From Octopus vulgaris (Eukaryota), in NCBI GenBank assembly GCA_951406725.2, contig OX597814.1, positions 115,878,001-115,942,000 on the forward strand: a stretch of DNA of 64,000 bases, written 5' to 3'. Position 1 is the stretch's first letter, and each line of letters begins with the position of its first letter. Under the pieces are notes generated by a model that saw only the letters and a list, made by a program, of their open reading frames with translations, was not told the origin of the DNA and ran no database searches. The translations under genes and the position numbers were made by a program. This document shows positions 28,905 through 45,053 of this stretch, piece by piece.

Positions 28905-30002
28905 GAGGGACGTTCAATAAGTAATGCCCCTGACCCACTTCCCATAGCAGTAGAGCAACGAAACTTGGCACAGCTATTAGTCTTTTTCTACATAGGAACC
29001 ACCCATAGTTACGCATTTCTCCCATTGTTTGATGCAGCTCTGGAGACCGTTTTTGTAGAAGACCCCAGCTTGGTCCTCCAACCTCGACGTGACTTCAGAA
29101 ATCAAGGCTGCATCATCTGGGAAACGCTTTCCTTTCAAAAACAACTTCATGACTGGGAAGAGGTGAAAATCAGAGGGTGCAAGGTCAGGAAAGTAGGGGG
29201 ATGGGGGCGGAGTTCATAGCCGCACACCTGTGCTTCTGATCTGGCGACACGCGAGTTGTGGACCGGAGCGTTGTCCTTGCCTTCTTTGGAGGAGGTGAGT
29301 CACGGTGCTTCCACTGCATTGACTAGGCTTTGGTCTCTGGATCATCGTGATGGACCCAGGTTTCATCCTGTGTAATCAGTCTTTTGAAAAATTTTGACTC
29401 ATCTTCTTGGCACATCTCCAAATTCACCCTCGAGCACTCGACGCGTTCTTGCTTCTGGAAAGGCGTGAGCAACCTGGGCATCCATCTGGCAGACACCTTT
29501 TGCATATGCAAATGGTCATGAATGATAGTTTCCACAGACGCGGTACTAATCTTGACCTCATGGGCTATTTGGCGAATAGTTATGCGTCGATCTTCCAAAA
29601 TGGCAGCCTCAACTTGACGGACAGATGCCTCATCAATGGCAGAAGGGGCGACCAGATCTGGGAGCTGTTTCCACAGAGTTCCGACCATGTTTGAATTCAC
29701 GATGCGAGCGTTTTACAAGGTCATATGATGGGGCATCATCACCATAAGTTACTTTCATTTCATCAAAAGTCTCCCGTGGTGTGCGTCCTTTCAAATACAA
29801 AAACCGGATCACTGTTCGACACTCAACAGGCTCCATTTCACACTTGACTCGGTTCAAACACCTGTAAATCAGAAACCACAATTAATTCAGAGCTGTAATT
29901 TGCCACTTACTCTATAGAGATATAAATGATTGCACATGAAAAATTTCAGCTAGATCAAATAAATGCAAGTGGGTCAGAGGCATTACTTATTGAACGTCCC
30001 TC

Positions 30003-30003
<1 letters not shown>
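28904..30003 (-). mobile_element. Second mariner copy with internal deletion
   Basis: Same TIRs with TA flanks. About 190 bp of the catalytic domain is missing at around 29277 relative to the first copy. Confidence 0.95.
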
Positions 30004-30037
<34 letters not shown>

Positions 30038-30039
<2 letters not shown>

Positions 30040-32394
30040 TTAAGTTTCAGCTCAGCCTGCGGCCATGCTGATGCATCGCCGTTTTGCGCTACACTGTTAT
30101 TACTAGGAACCTCCTCTAATATGTGGCACCTGATGAAGAATAGAGTTTTATATAGCTACCCTCATTTGCACCTCTTGCCGTGAGGTAGGCTCATCTGGGA
30201 CTGTCGACAGGAAGAGATCCAGCTTTGATTTAAAAACCCCTACATCTACTTTGTGCAAGTTCCTCAGACTCTTTGGGAGAATATTAAAAAGCTGTGGGCC
30301 CTTGAAACCTAGGCTGTTACAGTAACTGGTCCTGAAGCGTGATAGCATTGCTGGGATCTTTGGCAACATGCAGTGTCGTCCCTTTCTGGCATTGGTGTAG
30401 CTTACAATGCCAAAATTTGGCACAATTCCTCCCAGGATCTTCCAGATATATATTACTGCCTACCTCTCCCGTCTTCTCTCCAGGGAGTAGAGTCTTAGCT
30501 GTTTCAACCTTTCCCAGTAGCTGAGCTGTTGCAAAGAGACGATCTTCTTTGTAAATTTTCTCTGGATTGCTTCAAGGTCCGCTGTTAATCTCACACTGGT
30601 GGGTGACCATAGCTGTGAGCAGTAATCCAGGCGGCTGAGGACGAATGTCCGCCAGAGGACCATCATGGTTTCCTTATCTCTGGTTCTGAATGTTCTTAGG
30701 ATCCATCCATCCAGTCGTCTGCACTTTGTCGCCATCCTGGTAATGTGCAGTTGGAAAGCGGTATCATCACTCATGTCGATACCCAGGTCCCTCACTGACT
30801 TAGGCTCTGGGATTGAAATTCCATGTGGACCGGTTTACCATGTAGGTTTAATATTCAGTTTTGGATGCTGGTAGCGCAAGGCCTGGAATTTTTCAGCATT
30901 AACCTGCATATTATTATCCTCAGCCCATCTGTAAATTGAGTCCAAATCGTTCAGCAGGTGTGCAACATCGCTGGGGTTCTGTATTTTCTGTGAGACTTTC
31001 GTATCATCTACATAGCTTGCCAGAGTGGCTATCCGGGCATTTGAGGGCATATCTGAGAGGGCCACTATAAAAAGCAGTGATCACAAGACAGTGCCCTGTG
31101 GATCACCGCTCACTATTTGTGTGTTCATTGAGGTGGCTCCATTAGCCACTACTGCCTGACTCCTATCTTTCAGGAAGTCATGTAACCACACTCCAAGTTT
31201 TCCAGCTATGCCGAGGTCACGCAGTTTGTGGCATATCATACCATGATTCACCTTGTCAAAAGCTTTTGCAAAATCAAGGTATATTACATCCACATTTGAT
31301 TTGTTGAGTAACTGCCTCAACACCCAGTCATAATGTTGTAAGAGCTGAGTCAGGCAGCTCCTACCTGGTCGAAAACCATGTTGGGTATCACTTAGCAAGT
31401 TATTTTCTTCAAGGAATGCGATTAATTTCCCTCTGACTATCCGTTCCATGACATTGCTGATGTGTGAAGTCAGAGAGATAGGCCTATAGTTTTTGGCATC
31501 TGCTCTACTTCCCCCTTTATATATTGGGCATATTATTCCCTCCTTCAGCTTGCTTGGCAGTTTGCCATTTGTAAGAATGCTCAGGAAGAGAATCTTGAGG
31601 GGTTTTGCCAGGGCATGTTTACACGCTTTGAGGTGGATTGCTGGGAAACCGCCAGGACCAGCAGTTGAGTTTGTGTCCACTTCATCTATGGCTAGTAGTA
31701 TATCTTCTTCGCTAATGTCAATGTATTCCATTGTAACTGCCTCGCTGGTCATAGGTGAGGCGGCAAAGAAGTCCACTGGTTCGTTCACTTGTCTGTGTTC
31801 CAACGGGGTGGTAAAGACACTTTTGAACTGGTCATTCAGTATCTCATTGATCTTCGTTGGACTGTCTGTGAGGGATCCATCCTTTTCGATGAGGGGACCT
31901 ATCTTGTAGTGCACTGAGGCTGTTTCTTTCGCGTAATGAAAGAAGGCCTTTGGGTTTGACTTAATGTTTTTTATAACCCAGGCTTCTTTGTCTGCTTTCT
32001 CCTTCACATAGGATTGTTGCAGCCTTTTTTCGATCTCTATCAGTGTTGTTTTTAGGCAGGACGTTTCGCTACTTTTGGGATGTTGGTTGAGTCGATTTGC
32101 AACCTTCGTCCGTCGTCTCACGAGGATCTTCCTATCTCTTGGAATCTTACTCCTATTTGTTTTGGTCTTGTGCTCCGGGACGTATTTTTGGCATATGGCT
32201 TGCACAAAAGACATGAAACATTCTAGTTTCATGTCAATGTCTGGTGTGGAGAGAAATTTCGGCCAGTCCTCTCTGAGGATCTCTTTTTAGATTGATTTCC
32301 AATCTGCTTTGTGGAAGTTCAGATTGGAGAGATTTCGGGTGCTTCCTTTAGGCTGTATGTCTCTGGTTACTTTCGGCTCAAGCATAGACAGCTC

Positions 32395-32397
<3 letters not shown>
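30038..32397 (-). mobile_element. 5'-truncated CR1/L2-group LINE, RT pseudogene
   Basis: NYRPISLTS, QHGFRPGRSC, VIYLDFAKAFDKVNH, GDPQGTVL, YVDDTK and RLDYCSQLWSP motifs, with frameshifts and stops. The 3' tail is cagcatggcc...gctgaaac. Confidence 0.93.
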
Positions 32398-32446
<49 letters not shown>

Positions 32447-33114
32447 GTATGAATGTATGTATGTATATATATATATATGTATGTATATATATATGTATGT
32501 ATGTATATATATATGTATGTATATATATATGTATGTATATATATATGTATGTATATATATATATATGTATGTATATATATATGTATGTATATATATATGT
32601 ATGCATGTATATATGTATGCATGTATATATATATGTATGTATATATATATATATATGTATGTATATATATATGTATGTATATATATATATATGTATGTAT
32701 ATATATATATGTCTATGTATGTATATGTATATATAGGTATATGTATATATAGGTATATATATATATATATAGGTATATGTATATATAGGTATATGTATAT
32801 ATAGGTATATATATATATATATATGTATATGTATATATAGGTATATATATATATATGTATGTATATATATATATATGTATGTATATATATATGTATGTAT
32901 GTATGTATATATGTATGTAATACTAAGTAATTAAGGGTTTAGCAACGAATTGCCTCACCAACACACCGAATTTAGAAATAGCAGTCAAAGAGATATAGCT
33001 ATTCCTTCTACTAAAAGGGGGATCTCAGCAAAAACACAGCACTTAAAAGGCAAACACAGACAGGTAAGAAAGAAAGAATGAAATGACGGCAATCCATCAT
33101 GCAATTTTAAGTTA

Positions 33115-33206
33115 CCTACGGACGTACGTTTCGAGATCAAGTTTTAGGATATCATAAGAATTAGAAAATTCTACTTTACCCAGACTTCTTCTCTCATCGG
33201 CGCAGG
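33115..33206 (-). ncRNA. Type I hammerhead ribozyme motif (also 33704-33795, 34293-34384, 34881-34972)
   Basis: CCUGCG-CCGAUGA-GAGA..53 nt..UCUC-GAAA-CGUACG-UC-CGUAGG. Stems I and II pair, stem III is palindromic, and the cleavage triplet is GUC. Confidence 0.8.
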
Positions 33207-36138
33207 ATACTACAATTGTGAATAATTGTATATTAAATTTTGAGATACTAGAATGCGTCATCTCAACTCAGTGTCAGAGCGAGCCAAAGCATGACCAGTA
33301 CCACGAAATTCAAAGTTTGAATGAAAGTTTGTGTCACCAGCCCCCTTCCACCCGCGTGTAGCCAAGACAAAATGCTGTGGTCATTTACTGGGATAAAATA
33401 TGGTTATCAGTAATAATAAAAGGGTGAAATTAATTAATTAGGGATAATTATCAATTACACCAAGTAGATTTCGGTATGTAAAAGCCCCATTCGAGGAAAA
33501 TTTAAGTAATACTAAGTAATTAAGGGTTTAGCAACGAATTGCCTCACCAACACACCGAATTTAGAAATAGCAGTCAAAGAGATATAGCTATTCCTTCTAC
33601 TAAAAGGGGGATCTCAGCAAAAACACAGCACTTAAAAGGCAAACACAGACAGGTAAGAAAGAAAGAATGAAATGACGGCAATCCATCATGCAATTTTAAG
33701 TTACCTACGGACGTACGTTTCGAGATCAAGTTTTAGGATATCATAAGAATTAGAAAATTCTACTTTACCCAGACTTCTTCTCTCATCGGCGCAGGATACT
33801 ACAATTGTGAATAATTGTATATTAAATTTTGAGATACTAGAATGCGTCATCTCAACTCAGTGTCAGAGCGAGCCAAAGCATGACCAGTACCACGAAATTC
33901 AAAGTTTGAATGAAAGTTTGTGTCACCAGCCCCCTTCCACCCGCGTGTAGCCAAGACAAAATGCTGTGGTCATTTACTGGGATAAAATATGGTTATCAGT
34001 AATAATAAAAGGGTGAAATTAATTAATTAGGGATAATTATCAATTACACCAAGTAGATTTCGGTATGTAAAAGACCCATTCGAGGAAAATTTAAGTAATA
34101 CTAAGTAATTAAGGGTTTAGCAACGAATTGCCTCACCAACACACCGAATTTAGAAATAGCAGTCAAAGAGATATAGCTATTCCTTCTACTAAAAGGGGGA
34201 TCTCAGCAAAAACACAGCACGTAAAAGGCAAACACAGACAGGTAAGAAAGAAAGAATGAAATGACGGCAATCCATCATGCAATTTTAAGTTACCTACGGA
34301 CGTACGTTTCGAGATCAAGTTTTAGGATATCATAAGAATTAGAAAATTCTACTTTACCCAGACTTCTTCTCTCATCGGCGCAGGATACTACAATTGTGAA
34401 TAATTGTATATTAAATTTTGAGATACTAGAATGCGTCATCTCAACTCAGTGTCAGAGCGAGCCAAAGCATGACCAGTACCACGAAATTCAAAGTTTGAAT
34501 GAAAGTTTGTGTCACCAGCCCCTTCCACCCGCGTGTAGCCAAGACAAAATGCTGCGGTCATTTACTGGGATAAAATATGGTTATCAGTAATAATAAAAGG
34601 GTGAAATTAATTAATTAGGGATAATTATCAATTACACCAAGTAGATTTCGGTATGTAAAAGCCCCATTCGAGGAAAATTTAAGTAATACTAAGTAATTAA
34701 GGGTTTAGCAACGAATTGCCTCACCAACACACCGAATTTAGAAATAGCAGTCAAAGAGATATAGCTATTCCTTCTACTAAAAGGGGGATCTCAGCAAAAA
34801 CACAGCACTTAAAAGGCAAACACAGACAGGTAAGAAAGAAAGAATGAAATGACGGCAATCCATCATGCAATTTTAAGTTACCTACGGACGTACGTTTCGA
34901 GATCAAGTTTTAGGATATCATAAGAATTAGAAAATTCTACTTTACCCAGACTTCTTCTCTCATCGGCGCAGGATACTACAATTGTGAATAATTGTATATT
35001 AAATTTTGAGATACTAGAATGCGTCATCTCAACTCAGTGTCAGAGCGAGCCAAAGCATGACCAGTACCACGAAATTCAAAGTTTGAATGAAAGTTTGTGT
35101 CACCAGCCCCCTTCCACCCGCGTGTAGCCAAGACAAAATGCTGTGGTCATTTACTGGGATAAAATATGGTTATCAGTAATAATAAAAGGGTGAAATTAAT
35201 TAATGAGGGATAATTATCAATTACACCAAGTAGATTTCGGTATGTAAAAGACCCATTCGAGGAAAATTTAAGTAATACTAAGTAATTAAGGGTTTAGCAA
35301 CGAATTGCCTCACTAACACACCGAATTTAGAAATAGCAGTCAAAGAGATATAGCTATTCCTTCTACTAAAAGGGGGATCTCAGCAAAAACACAGCACTTA
35401 AAAGGCAAACACAGACAGGTAAGAAAGAAATTCATTCAAACTTTGAATTTCGTGGTACTGGTCATGCTTTGGCTCGCTCTGACACTGAGTTGAGATGACG
35501 CATTCTAGTATCTCAAAATTTAATATACAATTATTCACAATTGTAGTATCCTGCGCCGATGAGAGAAGAAGTCTGGGTAAAGTAGAATTTTCTAATTCTT
35601 ATGATATCCTAAAACTTGATCTCGAAACGGACGTCCGTAGGTAACTTAAAATTGCATGATGGATTGCCGTCATTTCATTCTTTCTTTCTTATCTGTCTGT
35701 GTTTGCCTTTTAAGTGCTGTGTTTTTGCTGAGATCCCCCTTTTAGTAGAAGGAATAGCTATATCTCTTTGACTGCTATTTCTAAATTCGGTGTGTTGGTG
35801 AGGCAATTCGTTGCTAGACCCTTAATTACTTAGTATTACTTAAATTTTCCTCGAATGGGGCTTTTACATACCGAAATCTACTTGGTGTAATTGATAATTA
35901 TCCCTAATTAATTAATTTCACCCTTTTATTATTACTGATAACCATATTTTATCCCAGTAAATGACCACAGCATTTTGTCTTGGCTACACGCGGGTGGAAG
36001 GGGGCTGGTGACACAAACTTTCATTCAAACTTTGAATTTCGTGGTACTGGTCATGCTTTGGCTCGCTCTGACACTGAGTTGAGATGACGCATTCTAGTAT
36101 CTCAAAATTTAATATACAATTATTCACAATTGTAGTAT

Positions 36139-36230
36139 CCTGCGCCGATGAGAGAAGAAGTCTGGGTAAAGTAGAATTTTCTAATTCTTATGATATCCTA
36201 AAACTTGATCTCGAAACGTACGTCCGTAGG
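36139..36230 (+). ncRNA. Type I hammerhead ribozyme motif in the inverted arm (also 35550-35641, stem III variant CGGACG)
   Basis: The same motif is read directly on the plus strand. Confidence 0.8.
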
Positions 36231-36309
36231 TAACTTAAAATTGCATGATGGATTGCCGTCATTTCATTCTTTCTTTCTTACCTGTCTGTGTTTGCCTTTT
36301 AAGTGCTGT

Positions 36310-39067
<2,758 letters not shown>

Positions 39068-39356
39068 TATTATGTGAACGATGAAGGGGAAAATAGGAAA
39101 GCTTCTGACAATGCGGCAGGTTTCACAAAACCTTTGTTTCTGGTGCAAAGGCCATCCTTAGAAGAAAAATCAGTCTGGGAGATGTCTATTTAAAAGGTCC
39201 CGTTAACCCATTCAAATCCCTTAGCGTTATCTTAGCAGCAGAAGTCATCCTCTATATTCGTCTAACCGAAGCATCTATTCACAGTGAGTTTTCTTCTCGG
39301 TTGAATTAGAAATCATGGCTGAAAGCAATGTTTATGAGCAGACTACATTTCTAGAG

Positions 39357-39510
39357 ACCACACTCCAGTGTCTACCTCACAGATCTCGGTGAACACTGAC
39401 TGCACCAACAATTTCCTTGTGCAACTCTGTCACCACACTCCATTGTCTACCTCACAGATCTCAGTGAACACTGACTGCACCAACAATTTCCTTGTGCAAC
39501 TCTGTCACCA
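39357..39510. repeat. 75-bp tandem duplication
   Basis: accacactcc..tgtctacctcacagatctc..gcaactctgtc is repeated at 39357 and 39432. Confidence 0.9.
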
Positions 39511-41061
39511 GATATACAGATGCCACAAAATATATCTGGTTGTATCTGCGGCTTTTGCTGTTGAGCGTAGCGGTCTTCGTCCAGTGGGAGAAGTCCGAAA
39601 CGTGGTCCTTTGCTATTCGTAAGACCTGCAGAAGAGAAAGCAGGTCAACTCCCGACACCGAGAGCATCGACGGATGGATGAAAGCGCATCCAGGCTCAAC
39701 GGTTGCGTAGGAAGTCGGGGGCAAGAAACAGGAAAAAGAGTGAGAGAAAGTTGGAGCGAAAGCGTACAACAAGGGTCGCCACCACCCCCTGTCGGAGCCT
39801 CGTGGAACTTTAGGTGTTTTCGCTCAATAAACACACACAACGCCCGGTCTGGGAATCGAAACCGCGATCCTCCGACCGCGAGTCCGCTGCCCTAACTATT
39901 GGGCCATTACGCCTCCACTTGTGTCTGCTGCAGCTCGCGACTGTATAAACACATAAAGCAATTATCAAAAGCTGTGTTACCAAGTTATATTCGCTTGAGA
40001 GTGACGGCAGCAGCACTATATTATAAAGTAAATTATATTTATTCATTTCCTCCAAATATATTTATACTTTGCTTTATCTTCATTCTGTTTCGTACTTTCC
40101 ATACATTAAACAATAATTTTAAAACAACTCTATAATTCTTCTAGCAAATAAAATCAGTTTTTATGATCGTTTTATCGATCTCAGTAGAGTCATTTTTGTT
40201 TTTGAATAGCTCAATGTTACGTCGTTAAAACAAAACAAAACAAAACAAAACGTGACTACTTTTGCTTAACTCAACACAAATGCAAACCAGGCTTTCAGCT
40301 TCAAACGCCCCTACAAACTAAACACAAAACTCTAGTTTTTAAAGGAGAGATAAGTGTGTATTTTTAAAATTTATTTCGAATTATTGTCTAACTTTTTCTT
40401 AGCTCGTGATTTGTAAATAATCGACAAATAATAGGAATTACAACAGTCTGAGAGCTTTCGATATCCAGAACGGTATAACTTAACATGATTTTGAAGATAA
40501 AATAATAGGAAACGGTTACTTACTAATAGTGCCTTTTCTCCGTATTCGTTTAAGATCTTAATCAACTGTAATGTATCAGATTCATTTAACTGTAATGGGG
40601 CCATGACGTTTGTTGCGGAGGTACTGGAACCGTTAAAATAAAATAAATTAAAAAAGTGCCGGCAGTTTATTTCAATTAATACAGTTAAATTTCCACATCG
40701 ATTTGTTTCACAACTTTCTTTAATTTAAGAAAGAAATGACGAGACTTTAGCTGTTTAAGTTTGATAATATAATAAGTACACCGCGTAACTTATAACTTCG
40801 AAGTGGGTTACTAAGGATTGTAGTGACAGCAGAGGTCGGCTAGGGTTAGATAACAGCTTGTATTTACTAAAGTCTCGTGATAATCATTAAAGGCTATCAG
40901 TAAACAACTTAGTTTTCAATTAAATGAAGTTGGTGAAAAATATCTTGTAAGAAACGGATATTGTATTGGCTGTTATTTTATAAAAGTTGAATTTAAAATT
41001 ATTATGCAGAACAATGCATCACTTTATATAAATGCAACGTAATGCATAATTTATATAATAA

Positions 41062-41410
41062 TCTCTCTCTATATAAACGGCAAAATGTCTGTGTGTGTGT
41101 CCTTTATACAAATCCACAATTTTTCAGTTAGAGGGCTCGTACTTTCTATGGTCATTCAAAACCATCCAAGGGTGGTCATGCACATCTTTACATTTCCCCA
41201 TTCGCCCCGCAAGCCATTAAAAATCAATAGAAATGACTTTTTTGTGAATTTTCTATCCAAAACCCAGTCAAAATGCCCGAAACTTGATACGCCAATTGAA
41301 TGCCAGCTAGCTGTATGTGATTGGTCGGAAATTTGGACAGTACTCGCGTGTATGTGCGCACGCACGCACGCAGCTGTATATGCATGCACTATGCCGGGTC
41401 ATAGTGCTAG
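41062..41410 (+). mobile_element. Non-autonomous Helitron
   Basis: A|TCtctctctatataaacggca start (shared with 27856) and CTAG|T end. Confidence 0.75.
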
Positions 41411-41844
41411 TCATTGTTATAAAGATTCATAATACTAGTACAAAATGGCGTCTATATAAGCGAAGGGTGTAATCGATTGAAAAGGTAAGTATACAATTGG
41501 TCCTTATTTTTATCGAAAGGAGGACCCAGATGAATGAACAGCAAAATCACCCGAGCAGGACTAGTACTTAAAATATAGAGACGTAGCTATACACTGCCGG
41601 TAATTTAGTCCGGCGTTCTAACGTTTCTGACATTTATCACAAGCGGCGGCTTCCATAAAGAAAATATGAGGACGTTGCAGGTATTACATTCGCTTTGTAA
41701 TTACTTGGTTTCAGATGCAGACCCACTGCACAGCACCTCGGGCGAGTACCTTCTATTGTCCAGAGTCGAACAATACTTTGTGAGTGAATTTCGTTGACAG
41801 AAACTGTGTGCAAGTCCGTCATACATACATACATACATACATAC

Positions 41845-42310
41845 AGCTGAAGATCAGTGCAAAAGAGAACATCTACGCTGAACTATTGAGAAATCTTCAA
41901 TTACTCTATCCAGATTAGAAGTTCAGGTTTATACCTGTAATTATTGGGACCCTGAGGCATGAAACGCACTGCCTAAACACCAATCTTGAGAAATTACGCT
42001 TCTCAAAACCAGAAAAGAGAAAGCTAATACAGAGACTACGGGTCCAATCCATCACTGGAACTGTAAAAATATGTAAAACTTTCCTGACGTTTATCGTTTA
42101 AATGTATATGTGCATGTCTAGACAAGTAACAATATGCATGAGAATACATACATAAAACATACAAATCTGCACATACATACATACATACATACATACATAC
42201 AAAAATACAGTTGTTGATGTTGAAATTTCAATGAAGGAACTTGGATCTAGGTTAGAAACCTGTTCTTTCTCTATTGGCAAGAAATCTTGAAATAAACTGA
42301 ATAATGACAC
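41845..42310 (+). mobile_element. 3' end of R4/Dong-like non-LTR retrotransposon (REL endonuclease)
   Basis: KISAKENIYAELLRNLQLLYP*KFRFIPVIIGTL...GTVKICKTFL, followed by a 3' UTR with (CATA)n. Confidence 0.7.
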
Positions 42311-42639
42311 ATACACACACACATACAGTGTGCGTGTGCGCGTTTCGAACTTTTTTTTTGTCCGCCCACACTTTGATAATTGGGGTTGGTTTATTTACGT
42401 GTTATTCACTTTGGCGGTTGAGCAAAAGATAAGGATAGAGTAACTATTAGACTGGGTTCGATTTGTTCGACTGAAACCCTTCACAGCGGTGCCCCAGCAG
42501 GATTATAATGCAATCAGTTAAACTAATATGAAAGTAAGAAATAATGAATTTTTAAACAAGTAAAATTCAAAGTTACTTATCAGTGTAACTGTCAAGTTTA
42601 CAATCAACAAAAAGAATGGAACATGAAAACTGGCAACGT

Positions 42640-43220
42640 TTATTACCTCCGCCTTTGCAAAGGAGGAGGTATTGTTTTCAGTCGTGTTTGTTTGTCCGTG
42701 GACAAGATATCTTAAGATCTGCTGGATTGTGTTTTCCTTCTCGAGCCACGCCTGGCTCATAAGGGTCGGTTTCCCGGTTTCCTTGGCGTATAGGTTCCCC
42801 ACCTGGACGGGACGCCGGTCCGTCGCAGGTGAGCTGCAAGATGCAGGAGGAAAGAGTCAGCAGAAGTTCGCCATTACCTTCTGCCGGAGCCGCGTGGAGC
42901 TTAGGTGTTTCGCTCATAAACACACACATCTCCCAGTCTGAGATTCGAATCCGCGATCCCTCGACCGCGAGTCCGCTGCTCTAACCACTAGGCCATGTGC
43001 CTCTATCGCTGGATGGATTCGGATGAAATTTTCAGGGATGTTTGGCCTCGAGACTGGCACGAACTGACTAGATTTTGGGATCGATCCGCTACCGGACAAG
43101 GATTCTGGATTATTTTTCCGTTTTTTTTTTTAAAATTTAACTTTTGAGAGCGGTTTGGTTCATTTTTATTATTCTCGTTTGTGAGAGCAGTCGAGTTTAT
43201 TTCAGATATTCTCATTGATA
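42640..43220 (+). mobile_element. Helentron/DINE-1-like non-autonomous element interrupted by a SINE
   Basis: 5' hairpin acctccgcc..ggaggaggt and (gttt/gtct) repeat. Homologous to 45710-46073. Confidence 0.6.
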
Positions 43221-43984
43221 TTATCATTGATAATATATAAATGATAAACTTCATTTTAATCTTAAATGTCATTATCAGTTTGGAGAAGTAAAGTGCAGAG
43301 TAAATCAGTTCTCCAAACTAATGGATGATATTTTTTACTTTAATTTGTTCCATGAGCTTTTGGCTTTTCAAGTAATTTGAACATTTTTCGAACAATTGCT
43401 TAGGTTCCCTCTCAGAACACCTGCTCCGTTCCTTGAAAAATAACCGTAATTCATAAATAGATGTACTCCTGAACATCAATGTATGTTACTGGTTATTTAG
43501 TGATCTTTTTGTCTATCCTTTTCTGCTTATCTTAATCTTACCCTCTTAGGCAAGATTAGGATAGTTCTTTTTTTTATTCTTTTATTCTCTTACTTGTTTC
43601 ATTCACTTGTCTGCGGCCATGCTAGAGCACCGCCTTAAAGGGTTTTAGTCGAAAAATGTCGATCCCAGGACTTAGTCTTTGTAAGCCTAGTACTTATTCT
43701 ATCGGGTTGTTTTACATCGAAGAGGCCAGGGAACAGAAGAAAGAAGACCTGCACCCAACACCAGAGCTGAAGACACCTCAGAAAGGGGGAGCTCCGCCAC
43801 GTCAAAACTGTAGAGGAGTAGGGGCCGAAACCGGACGTGGTTCCTCCTGATGATGTCTTGAGCTAACTGGATCCTATAAAGGAGCTGTGTTGGTAGCAGA
43901 CCACGAAATACGGTTGTAATTCCTCCGTTAAGTTACGGGGACCTAAACACGCCGACATCAGTTGTCAAGCAATGGTAGGTGCAC

Positions 43985-44052
<68 letters not shown>

Positions 44053-44061
44053 AATACATAC

Positions 44062-44100
<39 letters not shown>

Positions 44101-44173
44101 GGTGAGGGAGTTGGTATGTGAAAGCACGTGGTTGGATGTATAAAAGAGAAAATAGAATAAAAAAACTATTTTG

Positions 44174-45053
44174 TTTATTTTGTTTATCGCTTGCCTAGAC
44201 CGTTATTTGAAAGAACCAATGAAACAAATCCATTTTTAAAGGTGTATCCTTTAGCTAGTTTTGATCAAATTGTTATTTCGCTTCTATTTAAAAAAAACTG
44301 TCCGACGAACGGGAACGTGAAACTCCGAGTAACAGCTTTTGTTATATTTCTGCTGCTTTTAAATAAAGTATATATATATATATATATATGGCAAAAGAGA
44401 ATGAAAAAAAAAACTATAGACGTCTAGTACATATGGTTAAAGAATACACTTAAATCGTCATGTTAAAAAAAGTTATAAATGTTATAGTGACATTACTTTT
44501 GGAGAAATAACCGGTTTCGTATTTTCTTTTCAAATTTCTCAAATTTCCTTACCGGTATTATGTCATTTCTTCGCTATTTTCTAACATTTTTCTAACATGA
44601 TGATTTAAATATATTCTTTAACCATATGTACTAGACATCTATATTTTTTTTTCATTCTATTTTGTCATATATATATACTTTATTTAAAATCAGCAGAAAT
44701 ATAACAAAAGCTGTTACTCGGAGTTTCACGTTCCCGTTCGTCGGACATTTTTGTTAAAATAGAACTGAAATAATTTGATCAAAACTAGTTAAAGGATACA
44801 CCTTTAAAAATGGATTTGTTTCATTGGTTCTTTCAAATAATGGTCTTAGGCAAGCGATAAACAAAATAAATGAGTTCAATATAAATTATAAAAATCGAGG
44901 AAAAACCTTAAATCGAAGAGTTGATTCAAATACATATTGTCATTAATTATATAGAAAATATAATTCGATTAATAAAATTAATACTTAAAAATTAAAATAA
45001 AAATATATTAAAATATTTCACAACAGTATATACTCATACTAAACCATCAATAT

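Larger units (their letters stand above)
32917..36309. mobile_element. Tandem array of 589-bp HHR-containing monomers (retrozyme / Penelope-like non-autonomous element) with internal inversion
   Basis: Monomer starts at 32917, 33506, 34095, 34683 and 35272 (partial, to 35430). About 1.5 inverted monomers follow at 35431-36309. Both flanks are (TA/TG)n. Confidence 0.9.

Noticed and set aside
34396-34590. 64-aa ORF in the 589-bp monomer
   Set aside because: It exists only in the copy with a 1-bp deletion, lies antisense to the ribozyme, and has no recognisable motif.
39065-39625. Possible continuation (endonuclease part) of the LINE at 30038-32397
   Set aside because: I found no APE motifs in any frame I translated, so it is left unassigned.
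43715-43925. GC-richer insert within a SINE containing CTGATGA and GAAAC
   Set aside because: The motifs lack the pairing stems needed for a hammerhead. It is probably a retroelement scrap that I could not classify.
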